Sequence record: NC_031103.1
Source of the DNA: Escherichia phage vB_EcoM-UFV13
Length of the DNA stretch: 64,000 nucleotides
Strand: one strand, 5' to 3'
Shown here: piece by piece, positions 37,970 to 48,603 of the stretch
How the letters are laid out: every line of letters begins with the position of its first letter
Position numbering within the stretch: the stretch's first letter is position 1
Notes under the pieces: model-generated
Database searches by the model: none
Told to the model about the DNA's origin: nothing
Seen by the model: the letters and a program-made list of their open reading frames with translations, nothing else
Translations under genes and position numbers: made by a program

Positions 37970-38056
37970 TGGTGGGGAGTGATGGAGTCGAACCACCCGA
38001 GTCGCAATGACAATGGATTTACAGTCCACACCGCTACCTCTACGGGATAACTCCCC
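37970..38056 (-). tRNA. tRNA-Tyr (anticodon GTA), long variable arm
   Basis: Acceptor GGGGAGT/ACTCCCC, anticodon loop CTGTAAA, variable arm TGTCATTGCGACTCG resembling bacterial tRNA-Tyr, encoded CCA. Confidence 0.75.
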
Positions 38057-38068
38057 TAATTCATAATT

Positions 38069-38143
38069 TGGTGGCCCTGGGTGGAATTGAACCACCATCT
38101 GGCGATTATGAGTCGCTTGCTTGAACCTTCCAGCTACAGGGCC
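38069..38143 (-). tRNA. tRNA with CAT anticodon (Ile2-type or Met)
   Basis: Acceptor GGCCCTG/CAGGGCC, anticodon loop CTCATAA, T-loop TTCAATT, encoded CCA; the T4 tRNA-Ile uses CAU. Confidence 0.7.
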
Positions 38144-38144
38144 T

Positions 38145-38220
38145 TGGTGCTGATTGACGGAATCGAACCGCCGACCTTCTCATTACAAGTGAGTTGCTCT
38201 ACCTACTGAGCTAAATCAGC
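38145..38220 (-). tRNA. tRNA-Thr (anticodon TGT)
   Basis: Acceptor GCTGATT/AATCAGC, anticodon stem ACTCA/TGAGA, loop CTTGTAA, encoded CCA. Confidence 0.8.
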
Positions 38221-38225
38221 AAAAC

Positions 38226-38315
38226 TGGCGGAGGCGATAGGATTTGAACCTATGAGTCGCCGGAGCGACTGCCGGTTTTCAAGACCGGTGCATTAAACCA
38301 CTCTGCCACGCCTCC
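38226..38315 (-). tRNA. tRNA-Ser (anticodon TGA), long variable arm
   Basis: Acceptor GGAGGCG/CGCCTCC, anticodon stem CCGGT/ACCGG, loop CTTGAAA, encoded CCA. Confidence 0.8.
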
Positions 38316-38317
38316 AG

Positions 38318-38391
38318 TCTCCATACAAGGATTTGAACCTTGGACCTCCTGATCCCAAATCAGGCGCTCTACCAAACTGAGCTACACGGAG
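38318..38391 (-). tRNA. tRNA-Pro (anticodon TGG)
   Basis: Acceptor CTCCGTG/TATGGAG with two G-U pairs, anticodon stem CCTGA/TCAGG, loop TTTGGGA; CCA not encoded. Confidence 0.7.
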
Positions 38392-38401
38392 TAAATTAAA
38401 T

Positions 38402-38475
<74 letters not shown>

Positions 38476-38480
38476 AAATT

Positions 38481-38567
38481 TGGTGCGAGAAGTGGGACTC
38501 GAACCCACAAGGAAATCATTCCGCAGCATTTTAAGTGCTGTGCCTTTACCAATTTGACCATTCTCGC
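38481..38567 (-). tRNA. tRNA-Leu (anticodon TAA), long variable arm
   Basis: Acceptor GCGAGAA/TTCTCGC, anticodon stem CAGCA/TGCTG, loop CTTAAAA, encoded CCA. Confidence 0.8.
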
Positions 38568-38568
38568 G

Positions 38569-38641
38569 CTGGGAATAAAGGACTCGAACCTTTGCATCCT
38601 GGAATCAAAATCCAGTGCCTTACCAACTTGGCTAATTCCCA
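38569..38641 (-). tRNA. tRNA-Gln (anticodon TTG)
   Basis: Acceptor TGGGAAT/ATTCCCA, anticodon stem CTGGA/TCCAG, loop TTTTGAT; CCA not encoded. Confidence 0.7.
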
Positions 38642-38738
38642 ATTATTAACAAAGGCTCTCAAACAAGAACCCTTGATGATAGAGGGTATTAATCAGTGCG
38701 GTATGAGTTAATAATAACAAATAATTCTTAAAGCATAT

Positions 38739-39026
38739 TTACCATTTATGATAATACATATTTACGATGCATTCAAGACCCAAAGGATTCTTGAAAATAT
38801 CATATTCAAGAGGACCTTTTTCCGTTTCAATAAAGAAATCAAAATTTACTGTATTAAATTTACGGTCTTCCTTCACTAATTTAACTTGAGAAGATGAACG
38901 ATCAATGTAAACCTTTTCAACTTCAAAACATGTTAAAATGCCATAATCATCAATCAAGGCTTTAGCTGCTTCTTGATCATATTTATATCCATTTTCAATG
39001 GATGATACTTTCGCATAAAGAATCAT
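38739..39026 (-). CDS. Hypothetical protein
   Basis: 95-aa ORF upstream of the tRNA cluster. Confidence 0.45.
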   Translation of the reverse strand: MILYAKVSSIENGYKYDQEAAKALIDDYGILTCFEVEKVYIDRSSSQVKLVKEDRKFNTVNFDFFIETEKGPLEYDIFKNPLGLECIVNMYYHKW

Positions 39027-39028
39027 TA

Positions 39029-39433
39029 TTAACCTTTATCAACAATAGTATGTGTATGGGCATTTACGATTTGCCACCAGTCAAAACTATCGCCAAATCG
39101 TTTTGATTTATTGTCTTCAATAATTTGGCGTAATTCATCTTCTGTTTCAGCATACGCAATCAAATCATCATATCCACCGCAAGGATAGTAATTATCGCCT
39201 GCGAACAAAAGAAAATTTACTTTAGATGGGTCTACATAATAATGCTCTTTAGGATATTTAGTTCCTTTCCAATCAGTTACTTCAACATAACGATAAGAAA
39301 ATCCATTTTTACTTTCAACCCAACTCCACGCTTCAAAAGGAGTATTAAAAACTCTATCAGGTATTAAATTACCTTCAAAATGAGAAGGATTTGCATAATC
39401 CCCAGCATAAACATAATATTCGTTAATATTCAT
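39029..39433 (-). CDS. Hypothetical protein
   Basis: 134-aa Tyr/Trp-rich ORF. Confidence 0.5.
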   Translation of the reverse strand: MNINEYYVYAGDYANPSHFEGNLIPDRVFNTPFEAWSWVESKNGFSYRYVEVTDWKGTKYPKEHYYVDPSKVNFLLFAGDNYYPCGGYDDLIAYAETEDELRQIIEDNKSKRFGDSFDWWQIVNAHTHTIVDKG

Positions 39434-39619
39434 TTATTCACCTTTAGAAATTTTATCCATAACAATAGCGATTAAACCAATTAAAAATGCTACTACAAGT
39501 GAAAAAACATTTTCTGCTGTAGTCAATAATCCGCATATAAATCCAACAAACATTGAAAAACTAAAAGCGGAAGCAGAAATTGCAATAGCAACATTTCGAA
39601 TTAATTCACAACGTTTCAT
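39434..39619 (-). CDS. Small membrane protein
   Basis: 61 aa with two hydrophobic helices; early promoter upstream. Confidence 0.45.
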   Translation of the reverse strand: MKRCELIRNVAIAISASAFSFSMFVGFICGLLTTAENVFSLVVAFLIGLIAIVMDKISKGE

Positions 39620-39643
39620 TTTATTCTCCTCGGTAGTTGATAG

Positions 39644-39679
39644 GGTAATAGTATCACAACTAAAACCCTATGTAAACAA
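39644..39679 (-). promoter_or_regulatory. T4-type early promoter
   Basis: GTTTAC ... TGATACTATTAC on the minus strand with upstream AAAGTTGTTTAC. Confidence 0.6.
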
Positions 39680-39695
39680 CTTTGTGAAATATTTA

Positions 39696-39983
39696 TTACA
39701 AAAGATTTTTAGCAATAATCTTGAGATGTGCCGCAGAAATGTGTTTAGCTTTAAACAACGCAGTTTCTTCAGCAGGAGAGATAATGATTGTAGCACCATC
39801 CTTTTTAGCAGACCACCCATCACCTAGGTAAACAGTACCTTTGATTTCTTCGCCATCAACCAAACTAATCATTGGTTTACCTTCTCGTCCTTTATTTGCT
39901 TTAATAACTTCAGAAGTAAGAGTAGCTTCAGTAATAGTAGAAACCGGGGTAGTTGTAGAAGTAAATTCTTTGAAAGTTTTCAT
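39696..39983 (-). CDS. Internal (capsid-targeted) protein, IPI-like by position and size
   Basis: 95 aa; N-terminus MKTFKEFTSTTT...ITEA; immediately downstream of 57B. Confidence 0.55.
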   Translation of the reverse strand: MKTFKEFTSTTTPVSTITEATLTSEVIKANKGREGKPMISLVDGEEIKGTVYLGDGWSAKKDGATIIISPAEETALFKAKHISAAHLKIIAKNLL

Positions 39984-40009
39984 TTTATTTTCCTAATTAA
40001 TTTTGATGA

Positions 40010-40045
40010 GATAATAGTATCACTACCTCATCAACGTGTAAACAA
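40010..40045 (-). promoter_or_regulatory. T4-type early promoter
   Basis: GTTTAC ... TGATACTATTAT on the minus strand. Confidence 0.6.
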
Positions 40046-40055
40046 CTTTGTGAAA

Positions 40056-40764
<709 letters not shown>

Positions 40765-40765
<1 letters not shown>

Positions 40766-41478
40766 TATAGTACCTTTAGTGTATTTTTAATTTTAGAAAA
40801 AAGTTCTTCAAGAGAACCATCGTTTGTAATTACTAAATCGCCATCACGAATTGGCAATCCAGCTTCTGTAATATGAGTATCATTGGATTTTTGACCAGGA
40901 CGAACTACATGAATTACTGTAGCACCCATCGCCCTAGCCGCATCCATTTCATGATCTTGACGAGTATCAGGAACGATATAATAATCATAACCTGAGTTAA
41001 ATTTATCAAGATAATCTAAAGCAAATAATTTTACCCAATACATGCGGTCGAAGTTATTAACAATCAAATCCGTACCTAGGGCTTGCATCAGACGACGGAC
41101 TGACCATTGATCTTCAATATTATTTATAACGTCAGCAATCTTGTTAAATGCTACGAAATTAACTGCGTCATCAAAAACAAACACACCTTTAATTGGGCTT
41201 TTACTATTAAGATAGCAAAATGCTTGTTCCATAATCGTAATTACTTCTAATTTAGTCAGATTTAAATTAGTCTCACGATCATAGTCAATTCCTTCAAACT
41301 CTTTACGAGTTAAGCAAGGATAGTCAGTGTTTGCTGCAAATACACCCCATGCATAAGCCAATGCATCCTTAATAGGACCAGCAAGTTGATATTTAACTGC
41401 AGAATAATTATTCATAATAAAATCTGCAGTAGTATCTTTTCCACTACGCTTTACACCACTTAAAAAGATTAGTTTCAT
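40765..41478 (-). CDS. 1: Deoxynucleoside monophosphate kinase
   Basis: 237 aa; MKLIFLSGVKRSGKDTTADF P-loop; matches T4 gp1 as I recall it. Confidence 0.9.
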
Positions 41479-41527
41479 ATGTTTCTCCTCAAATTTAGTT
41501 AAGATTATAACACATGAAACTGAAGCA

Positions 41528-42058
41528 TTAAACTTCTGCTATAATTTTGCCATCTTTTTCTACTTGAAAATACGTATAAGGAATCGTTGCTGTGCATACT
41601 AAGGCTGGGTCTGAATCTTCCGTGTAGCTAAATTCTACTTCAGACAGGTCAGAAACCCAAGGCTTATAAAAATTTATTGACATCACGATTTCAGTTTTAC
41701 TATTATCTAAAATGTAAAGCGTAATGTATTCAGGACCTGTTTTTTGGGCAGTATTTTCGCCTGTAAGATAGTTACTAGTTCCTAGCATCCATTCATACAT
41801 TCCTATCCACGACTTAAGCTCTTCATCAACTATAAATCTCACGATGAGTGGGTCGTACTCAAATGTAACACCTGGACGTTGCGCTCGGCCTAGTCCAAAC
41901 GGCCCAGTCACGGTATCAGTAACAGGTATCCTAATTCCCGGAATAGGAACTGACTGAGCATTTAAAGTAAAAGCGGATGTAGTATTACTATGCGGTATTG
42001 ATACTACAAAGTTAGTTGTATTTGCTTGGTTAAAAATTTGTTGTAGTGCTTGCGACAT
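41528..42058 (-). CDS. 3: Tail completion / tube terminator protein gp3
   Basis: Start set at MSQALQQIF giving about 176 aa, as in T4 gp3; the ORF-track start is further upstream. Confidence 0.75.
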   Translation of the reverse strand: MSQALQQIFNQANTTNFVVSIPHSNTTSAFTLNAQSVPIPGIRIPVTDTVTGPFGLGRAQRPGVTFEYDPLIVRFIVDEELKSWIGMYEWMLGTSNYLTGENTAQKTGPEYITLYILDNSKTEIVMSINFYKPWVSDLSEVEFSYTEDSDPALVCTATIPYTYFQVEKDGKIIAEV

Positions 42059-42163
42059 ATATTCCTCATAATGCTTTATAAATGTTGGTGGTATAATGGG
42101 TCTAAGTCCCTTCATTCAATTCCAATTAGAACAAACAATAGAAAAGAATGGAAGATAATAGAA

Positions 42164-42988
42164 TTAGATATTTGACCAGACTTTGTTTGCAGAGAAACGT
42201 TTTCCTTTTGAAACGAACTGCTGAAGTGGCATCAACACAACGTTCGCCCAGTCTTTCGGGGCGATTTCAACAAGGCTACCCATAATATTACCGGGTATAT
42301 ATGCCTTAATCATTTGGTCTGCACCCCTAAATCCTTTCACTTGACTCCAATCAATTTTTAATTTCGTTTTATTAGTAATAGTAGGTGTATTTGCATATTG
42401 CTTTAAAAGCTCTTCTAGAAATTGCTGACGAGCTTTAGGTGGAATATAGTGCAAGTTCAATCCGTACATTAAATTATGTTTACCTAAACCGAGGTAAATT
42501 ATCAAAGGAAATTTATCCCAATAAGGAAGAGTTTCCTTGTGTTTAGCATCATAAGCAAAAGCATATATTCGTCCCGGCTGCGGGCGAACAACTTTATGTC
42601 CTTTTACTTGCTTAATAGTTTCAGCAAACCATTTTCTGGTTTTATTATTAATTGCTGCGCCTTCATTACGAATTTTATCACGCAATGTTTGTCTGAATGA
42701 ATTTATCATAAGCAGTTGTCTTTCTTGCTTATTGAGCTTATTCATTGGTTTTGATTCAAGCTTTTGAATCTTTTCAGCCGTTTTAATTCCCGAAGCATAT
42801 TTTGACATTGCCGAAGTAAACGTAGAGTATTTGATTCCTCTTTCTTCAGCAAATTGCTTTCCTGTCATTCCTTTTGCTTTGGCCTTTTTGTATTCAAGAC
42901 CTATCTGAATCCATTTCTTTTCGTTTAATGATTGCTTAACCTTTGGAACTTGGGGAGTGCTTTCATTAATTATTTGAAAAATAGCCAT
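42164..42988 (-). CDS. 2: DNA end protector protein gp2
   Basis: 274 aa, same length and position as T4 gp2. Confidence 0.8.
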
Positions 42989-43440
42989 TATGCCCCCTTA
43001 AAGCCAAGAGCTCGTAATCCATCTTCTGTTAGAATTCTAAATTTTATTCCACGCTTTTCAGCTAAAGATTGTGCTGCTTTCCATTTGTCAGTGTTCACAG
43101 ACCAGGTATAAATTTCATTCATAAATCTTTTCTTCGCTGCGGTTGTTAGATGTGCTGGTTTAACTGGTGGTTGTGTTTCTTTTTTAGGTTTTATTTCAAT
43201 AAAAAATTCTTGCCCAGAAGAATCTTTCATCCAAATATCCATGAAGTATCTACGTTTTTTCCCTTCTGCATTACAAAAATAAGGAATTACTGCTGTTTCA
43301 CTACCCCATGCAATAATTTCTGGATTTTTATCTAACCATTCAAAAAAGAATTTTTCCCAATTTGATCTATACGTAATTTTTTTAGGGTCACCTCTATACT
43401 TTGATATATTTTTAGGAACCCATTTTCCAGAATATGCCAT
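42988..43440 (-). CDS. 4: Head completion protein gp4
   Basis: 150 aa, same length and position as T4 gp4; divergent from gene 53. Confidence 0.8.
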
Positions 43441-43451
43441 TGGATTCTCCT

Positions 43452-43459
43452 TATAAATA
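43452..43459 (+). promoter_or_regulatory. Late promoter for gene 53
   Basis: TATAAATA about 29 nt upstream of the gene 53 start. Confidence 0.65.
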
Positions 43460-43467
43460 GATAATAT

Positions 43468-43475
43468 ATTTATAA
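43468..43475 (-). promoter_or_regulatory. Late promoter for genes 4/2/3
   Basis: Minus strand reads TATAAATA about 28 nt upstream of the gene 4 start; divergent from the gene 53 promoter. Confidence 0.6.
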
Positions 43476-43487
43476 ACAGGAGGGCCC

Positions 43488-44078
43488 ATGCTCTTTACAT
43501 TTTTTGATCCGATTGAATATGCGGCCAAAACGGTGAATAAAAACGCGCCGACTATTCCTATGACAGATATTTTTAGAAACTATAAAGACTATTTTAAACG
43601 TGCTCTTGCGGGATACCGCTTACGTACTTATTATATTAAAGGTTCACCACGCCCGGAAGAATTAGCAAATGCTATATATGGAAATCCACAGCTGTATTGG
43701 GTTTTATTGATGTGTAATGATAATTATGACCCGTATTATGGATGGATTACTTCACAAGAAGCTGCTTATCAAGCATCTATACAAAAATACAAAAACGTAG
43801 GTGGAGACCAAATAGTATATCATGTGAATGAGAACGGTGAAAAATTTTATAATTTAATATCATACGATGATAATCCATATGTTTGGTATGACAAAGGCGA
43901 TAAAGCTAGAAAATATCCTCAATATGAAGGAGCACTTGCTGCGGTCGATACGTATGAAGCGGCTGTTCTTGAAAATGAAAAACTTCGTCAAATAAAAATA
44001 ATAGCAAAATCAGACATCAATTCATTTATGAACGACCTTATACGTATAATGGAGAAATCTTATGGAAATGATAAGTAA
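43488..44078 (+). CDS. 53: Baseplate wedge protein gp53
   Basis: 196 aa, same as T4 gp53; first gene of the plus-strand late block. Confidence 0.85.
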   Translation: MLFTFFDPIEYAAKTVNKNAPTIPMTDIFRNYKDYFKRALAGYRLRTYYIKGSPRPEELANAIYGNPQLYWVLLMCNDNYDPYYGWITSQEAAYQASIQKYKNVGGDQIVYHVNENGEKFYNLISYDDNPYVWYDKGDKARKYPQYEGALAAVDTYEAAVLENEKLRQIKIIAKSDINSFMNDLIRIMEKSYGNDK

Positions 44079-45789
44079 TAACCTCAACTGGTTTGTTGGT
44101 GTTGTTGAAGATAGAATGGACCCATTAAAATTAGGTCGTGTTCGTGTTCGTGTGGTTGGTTTGCATCCACCTCAAAGAGCACAAGGTGATGTAATGGGTA
44201 TTCCAACTGAAAAATTACCATGGATGTCAGTTATTCAACCTATAACTTCTGCAGCAATGTCTGGAATTGGAGGTTCTGTTACAGGGCCAGTAGAAGGAAC
44301 TAGAGTTTATGGTCATTTTTTAGACAAATGGAAAACTAACGGAATTGTCCTTGGCACATATGGTGGAATAGTTCGCGAAAAACCGAATAGACTTGAAGGA
44401 TTTTCTGACCCAACTGGGCAATATCCTAGACGTCTAGGAAATGATACTAACGTATTAAACCAAGGCGGAGAAGTAGGATATGATTCCTCTTCTAATATTA
44501 TCCAAGATAGCAATCTAGACACCGCAATAAATCCCGATGATAGACCACTATCAGAGATTCCAACCGATGATAATCCAAATATGTCAATGGCTGAAATGCT
44601 TCGCCGTGATGAAGGATTAAGACTAAAAGTTTATTGGGATACCGAAGGATATCCGACAATTGGTATTGGTCATCTTATCATGAAGCAGCCAGTTCGTGAT
44701 ATGGCTCAAATTAATAAAGTTTTATCGAAACAAGTTGGTCGTGAAATTACTGGAAACCCAGGTTCTATTACAATGGAAGAAGCGGTAACTTTATTTGAAC
44801 GTGATTTAGCTGATATGCAACGTGACATTAAATCACATTCTAAAGTTGGCCCAGTTTGGAAAGCAGTTAATCGTTCTCGTCAAATGGCGTTAGAAAATAT
44901 GGCATTTCAGATGGGTGTTGGCGGTGTAGCTAAATTTAACACAATGTTAACTGCTATGTTAGCAGGAGATTGGGAAAAAGCATATAAAGCCGGTCGTGAT
45001 TCATTGTGGTATCAACAAACAAAAGGCCGTGCATCCCGTGTTACCATGATTATTCTTACGGGGAATTTGGAATCATATGGTGTTGAAGTGAAAACTCCAG
45101 CTAGGTCTTTATCGGCAATGGCTGCGACTGTAGCTAAATCTTCTGATCCTGCTGACCCTCCTATTCCAAATGACTCGAGAATTTTATTCAAAGAACCAGT
45201 TTCTTCATATAAAGGCGAATATCCTTATGTGCATACAATGGAAACTGAAAGTGGACATATTCAGGAATTTGATGATACCCCTGGGCAAGAACGATATAGA
45301 TTAGTTCATCCAACTGGAACTTATGAAGAAGTATCACCGTCAGGAAGAAGAACAAGAAAAACTGTTGATAATTTGTATGATATAACCAACGCTGATGGTA
45401 ATTTTTTGGTAGCCGGCGATAAAAAGACTAACGTGGGTGGATCAGAAATTTATTACAACATGGATAATCGTCTTCACCAAATAGATGGAAGCAATACAAT
45501 ATTTGTACGTGGCGATGAAACTAAGACGGTTGAAGGTAATGGAACTATCCTAGTCAAAGGTAATGTTACTATTGTAGTTGAAGGTAATGCTGACATTACA
45601 GTTAAAGGAGATGCTACCACTTTAGTTGAAGGTAATCAAACTAATACAGTAAATGGAAATCTTTCTTGGAAAGTTGCTGGAACAGTTGATTGGGACGTTG
45701 GTGGTGATTGGACAGAAAAAATGGCATCTATGAGTTCTATTTCATCTGGTCAATACACAATTGATGGATCGAGGATTGACATTGGCTAA
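44062..45789 (+). CDS. 5: Baseplate hub and tail lysozyme gp5
   Basis: 575 aa; internal lysozyme domain (AEMLRRDEGLRLKVYWDTEGYPTIGIGHLI) and C-terminal VxGxxxxx beta-helix repeats. Confidence 0.95.
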   Translation: MEMISNNLNWFVGVVEDRMDPLKLGRVRVRVVGLHPPQRAQGDVMGIPTEKLPWMSVIQPITSAAMSGIGGSVTGPVEGTRVYGHFLDKWKTNGIVLGTYGGIVREKPNRLEGFSDPTGQYPRRLGNDTNVLNQGGEVGYDSSSNIIQDSNLDTAINPDDRPLSEIPTDDNPNMSMAEMLRRDEGLRLKVYWDTEGYPTIGIGHLIMKQPVRDMAQINKVLSKQVGREITGNPGSITMEEAVTLFERDLADMQRDIKSHSKVGPVWKAVNRSRQMALENMAFQMGVGGVAKFNTMLTAMLAGDWEKAYKAGRDSLWYQQTKGRASRVTMIILTGNLESYGVEVKTPARSLSAMAATVAKSSDPADPPIPNDSRILFKEPVSSYKGEYPYVHTMETESGHIQEFDDTPGQERYRLVHPTGTYEEVSPSGRRTRKTVDNLYDITNADGNFLVAGDKKTNVGGSEIYYNMDNRLHQIDGSNTIFVRGDETKTVEGNGTILVKGNVTIVVEGNADITVKGDATTLVEGNQTNTVNGNLSWKVAGTVDWDVGGDWTEKMASMSSISSGQYTIDGSRIDIG

Positions 45790-46318
45790 TATACTTCCAA
45801 TGAGCGCTGATTTAGGAGAATCCATGGAAGGTTCTTCTATCGACGTCACCTTTACCGCTCAATTAGAAACAGGTGAAACGTTAGTATCTATAAATATAAC
45901 TAGTTACGAAGAAACTCCTGGGGTTTTAGTAGAAGAAAATCGTTTATATGGAACGTATGAATCTGTATTTGGATTTGGAAATGACGCATTGAAATATCGT
46001 TTAGATGATGAATTTAAAACTGCTGCTTCATGGGAAGACCTTCCAACTGATTCTAATACTCAGTTATATTTATGGAAAGCTCCTCAAAATCTCCAGAAGA
46101 CATTCACTTACGAAGTAACATTAATATATGACTACCAAGAACAAAGTGAATCTGGGGGTTCTGGCAGTAATTCTAGGTCATCTTCTGATACTACTGAACC
46201 AACGGATCCTCCTGCTCCAGTAAGAAAAACTCTTGTTAAAAATTACACAAAAACTATAGTTGGAAATTGGAGCCGTTGGGCTAATAAATTGAGAAGCTAT
46301 GTGTATGAGAGGTCATAG
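45761..46318 (+). CDS. 5.1: Hypothetical protein gp5.1
   Basis: 185-aa ORF between genes 5 and 5.4. Confidence 0.6.
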
Positions 46319-46612
46319 ATGTCAGGATTAAGTTATGATAAGTGTGTTACTGCTGGTCATGAAGCGTGGCCTCCAACAGTTGTGAATGCCACACAAAGTA
46401 AAGTATTCACTGGAGGAATTGCTGTTCTAGTAGCAGGCGATCCAATTACAGAACATACAGAAATTAAAAAGCCATATGAAACACATGGCGGAGTGACACA
46501 ACCTAGAACTTCTAAGGTATATGTCACTGGAAAGAAAGCTGTTCAAATGGCTGATCCAATATCATGCGGTGATACTGTGGCTCAGGCATCATCTAAAGTA
46601 TTCATTAAATAG
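46319..46612 (+). CDS. 5.4: PAAR-repeat spike tip protein gp5.4
   Basis: 97 aa, PAAR-like; same length as T4 gp5.4. Confidence 0.8.
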
Positions 46613-46620
46613 GATTTAAA

Positions 46621-48603
46621 ATGGCAAATACCCCTGTAAATTATCAATTAACAAGAACAGCAAATGCTATTCCCGAGATATTCGTCGGGGGTACGTTTGC
46701 TGAAATAAAACAAAACCTCATTGAATGGCTTAATGGCCAAAATGAATTTTTGGATTATGATTTTGAAGGCTCAAGATTAAACGTTCTGTGTGACCTTTTG
46801 GCTTATAATACGCTGTACATTCAGCAGTTTGGTAATGCTGCTGTGTATGAAAGCTTTATGCGTACTGCTAACTTACGAAGTTCAGTTGTTCAAGCTGCAC
46901 AAGATAACGGATATTTACCTACTTCAAAATCCGCTGCGCAGACCGAAATTATGTTAACATGCACCGACGCATTGAATAGGAATTACATTACTATTCCTCG
47001 CGGAACTCGCTTTTTAGCATATGCAAAAGATACTTCTGTTAATCCATATAACTTCGTTTCTACCGAAGACGTTATTGCTATTCGTGATAAAAATAACCAA
47101 TATTTTCCACGTTTAAAACTTGCTCAAGGACGTATCGTAAGAACTGAAATCATTTATGATAAATTAACACCTATTATCATTTATGATAAAAATATTGATA
47201 GAAACCAGGTTAAATTATATGTTGATGGAGCGGAATGGATTAACTGGACGAGAAAGTCAATGGTTCATGCTGGTTCAACATCAACGATTTACTATATGCG
47301 TGAAACTATTGATGGAAACACTGAATTCTATTTTGGCGAAGGTGAAATTTCTGTTAATGCTTCTGAAGGAGCTTTGACCGCTAATTATATCGGAGGTCTT
47401 AAACCTACCCAGAACTCTACGATTGTTATTGAGTACATCAGTACTAATGGTGCAGATGCGAACGGCGCAGTCGGATTTTCATACGCAGATACATTAACAA
47501 ATATAACTGTCATCAATATTAATGAAAACCCAAACGATGACCCAGATTTTGTTGGGGCAGATGGCGGCGGTGACCCAGAAGATATTGAGCGTATTCGCGA
47601 ATTGGGTACTATTAAACGTGAAACTCAGCAACGATGCGTAACTGCGACTGACTACGATACATTTGTTTCAGAGAGATTTGGTTCTATTATTCAAGCTGTT
47701 CAGACTTTCACTGATTCTACTAAACCTGGTTATGCATTTATTGCTGCTAAACCTAAATCAGGATTGTATTTAACTACTGTACAACGTGAAGATATTAAAA
47801 ATTATCTCAAAGACTATAATTTAGCTCCTATTACGCCATCAATTATTTCTCCTAATTATCTTTTTATTAAGACTAATTTAAAAGTAACATATGCTTTAAA
47901 TAAACTGCAAGAATCCGAGCAGTGGCTTGAAGGTCAAATAATTGATAAAATTGATCGTTATTATACTGAAGATGTAGAAATTTTTAACTCGTCTTTTGCC
48001 AAGTCTAAGATGTTGACATATGTAGATGATGCAGATCATTCTATCATTGGTTCATCAGCGACAATTCAAATTGTTCGTGAAGTACAAAACTTCTATAAAA
48101 CACCTGAAGCAGGTATTAAATACAATAATCAAATAAAAGATCGTTCTATGGAATCTAATACGTTTTCATTTAATTCTGGACGAAAGGTTGTAAATCCTGA
48201 TACTGGTTTAGAAGAAGATGTATTATATGATGTTCGTATAGTATCAACAGACCGAGATTCTAAAGGAATTGGTAAAGTTATTATTGGTCCATTTGCTTCT
48301 GGCGATGTTACAGAAAATGAAAACATTCAGCCGTATACAGGCAATGATTTTAACAAATTAGCAAATTCTGATGGACGCGACAAATACTATGTTATCGGTG
48401 AAATAAATTATCCAGCTGACATGATTTATTGGAATATCGCTAAAATTAATTTAACATCTGAAAAATTTGAAGTTCAGACTATTGAATTATATTCTGACCC
48501 AACCGATGATGTTATCTTTACTCGCGATGGTTCACTGATTGTATTTGAAAATGACTTACGTCCACAATACTTAACTATCGATTTGGAGCCTATATCACAA
48601 TGA
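46621..48603 (+). CDS. 6: Baseplate wedge protein gp6
   Basis: 660 aa, same length and position as T4 gp6. Confidence 0.9.
   Translation: MANTPVNYQLTRTANAIPEIFVGGTFAEIKQNLIEWLNGQNEFLDYDFEGSRLNVLCDLLAYNTLYIQQFGNAAVYESFMRTANLRSSVVQAAQDNGYLPTSKSAAQTEIMLTCTDALNRNYITIPRGTRFLAYAKDTSVNPYNFVSTEDVIAIRDKNNQYFPRLKLAQGRIVRTEIIYDKLTPIIIYDKNIDRNQVKLYVDGAEWINWTRKSMVHAGSTSTIYYMRETIDGNTEFYFGEGEISVNASEGALTANYIGGLKPTQNSTIVIEYISTNGADANGAVGFSYADTLTNITVININENPNDDPDFVGADGGGDPEDIERIRELGTIKRETQQRCVTATDYDTFVSERFGSIIQAVQTFTDSTKPGYAFIAAKPKSGLYLTTVQREDIKNYLKDYNLAPITPSIISPNYLFIKTNLKVTYALNKLQESEQWLEGQIIDKIDRYYTEDVEIFNSSFAKSKMLTYVDDADHSIIGSSATIQIVREVQNFYKTPEAGIKYNNQIKDRSMESNTFSFNSGRKVVNPDTGLEEDVLYDVRIVSTDRDSKGIGKVIIGPFASGDVTENENIQPYTGNDFNKLANSDGRDKYYVIGEINYPADMIYWNIAKINLTSEKFEVQTIELYSDPTDDVIFTRDGSLIVFENDLRPQYLTIDLEPISQ

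Noticed and set aside
45400-45700. Short tandem peptide repeats (VEGN/VKGN octads) in gene 5 considered as a possible repeat array
   Set aside because: They encode the triple beta-helix needle of gp5; they are protein-coding repeats, not CRISPR or a satellite.
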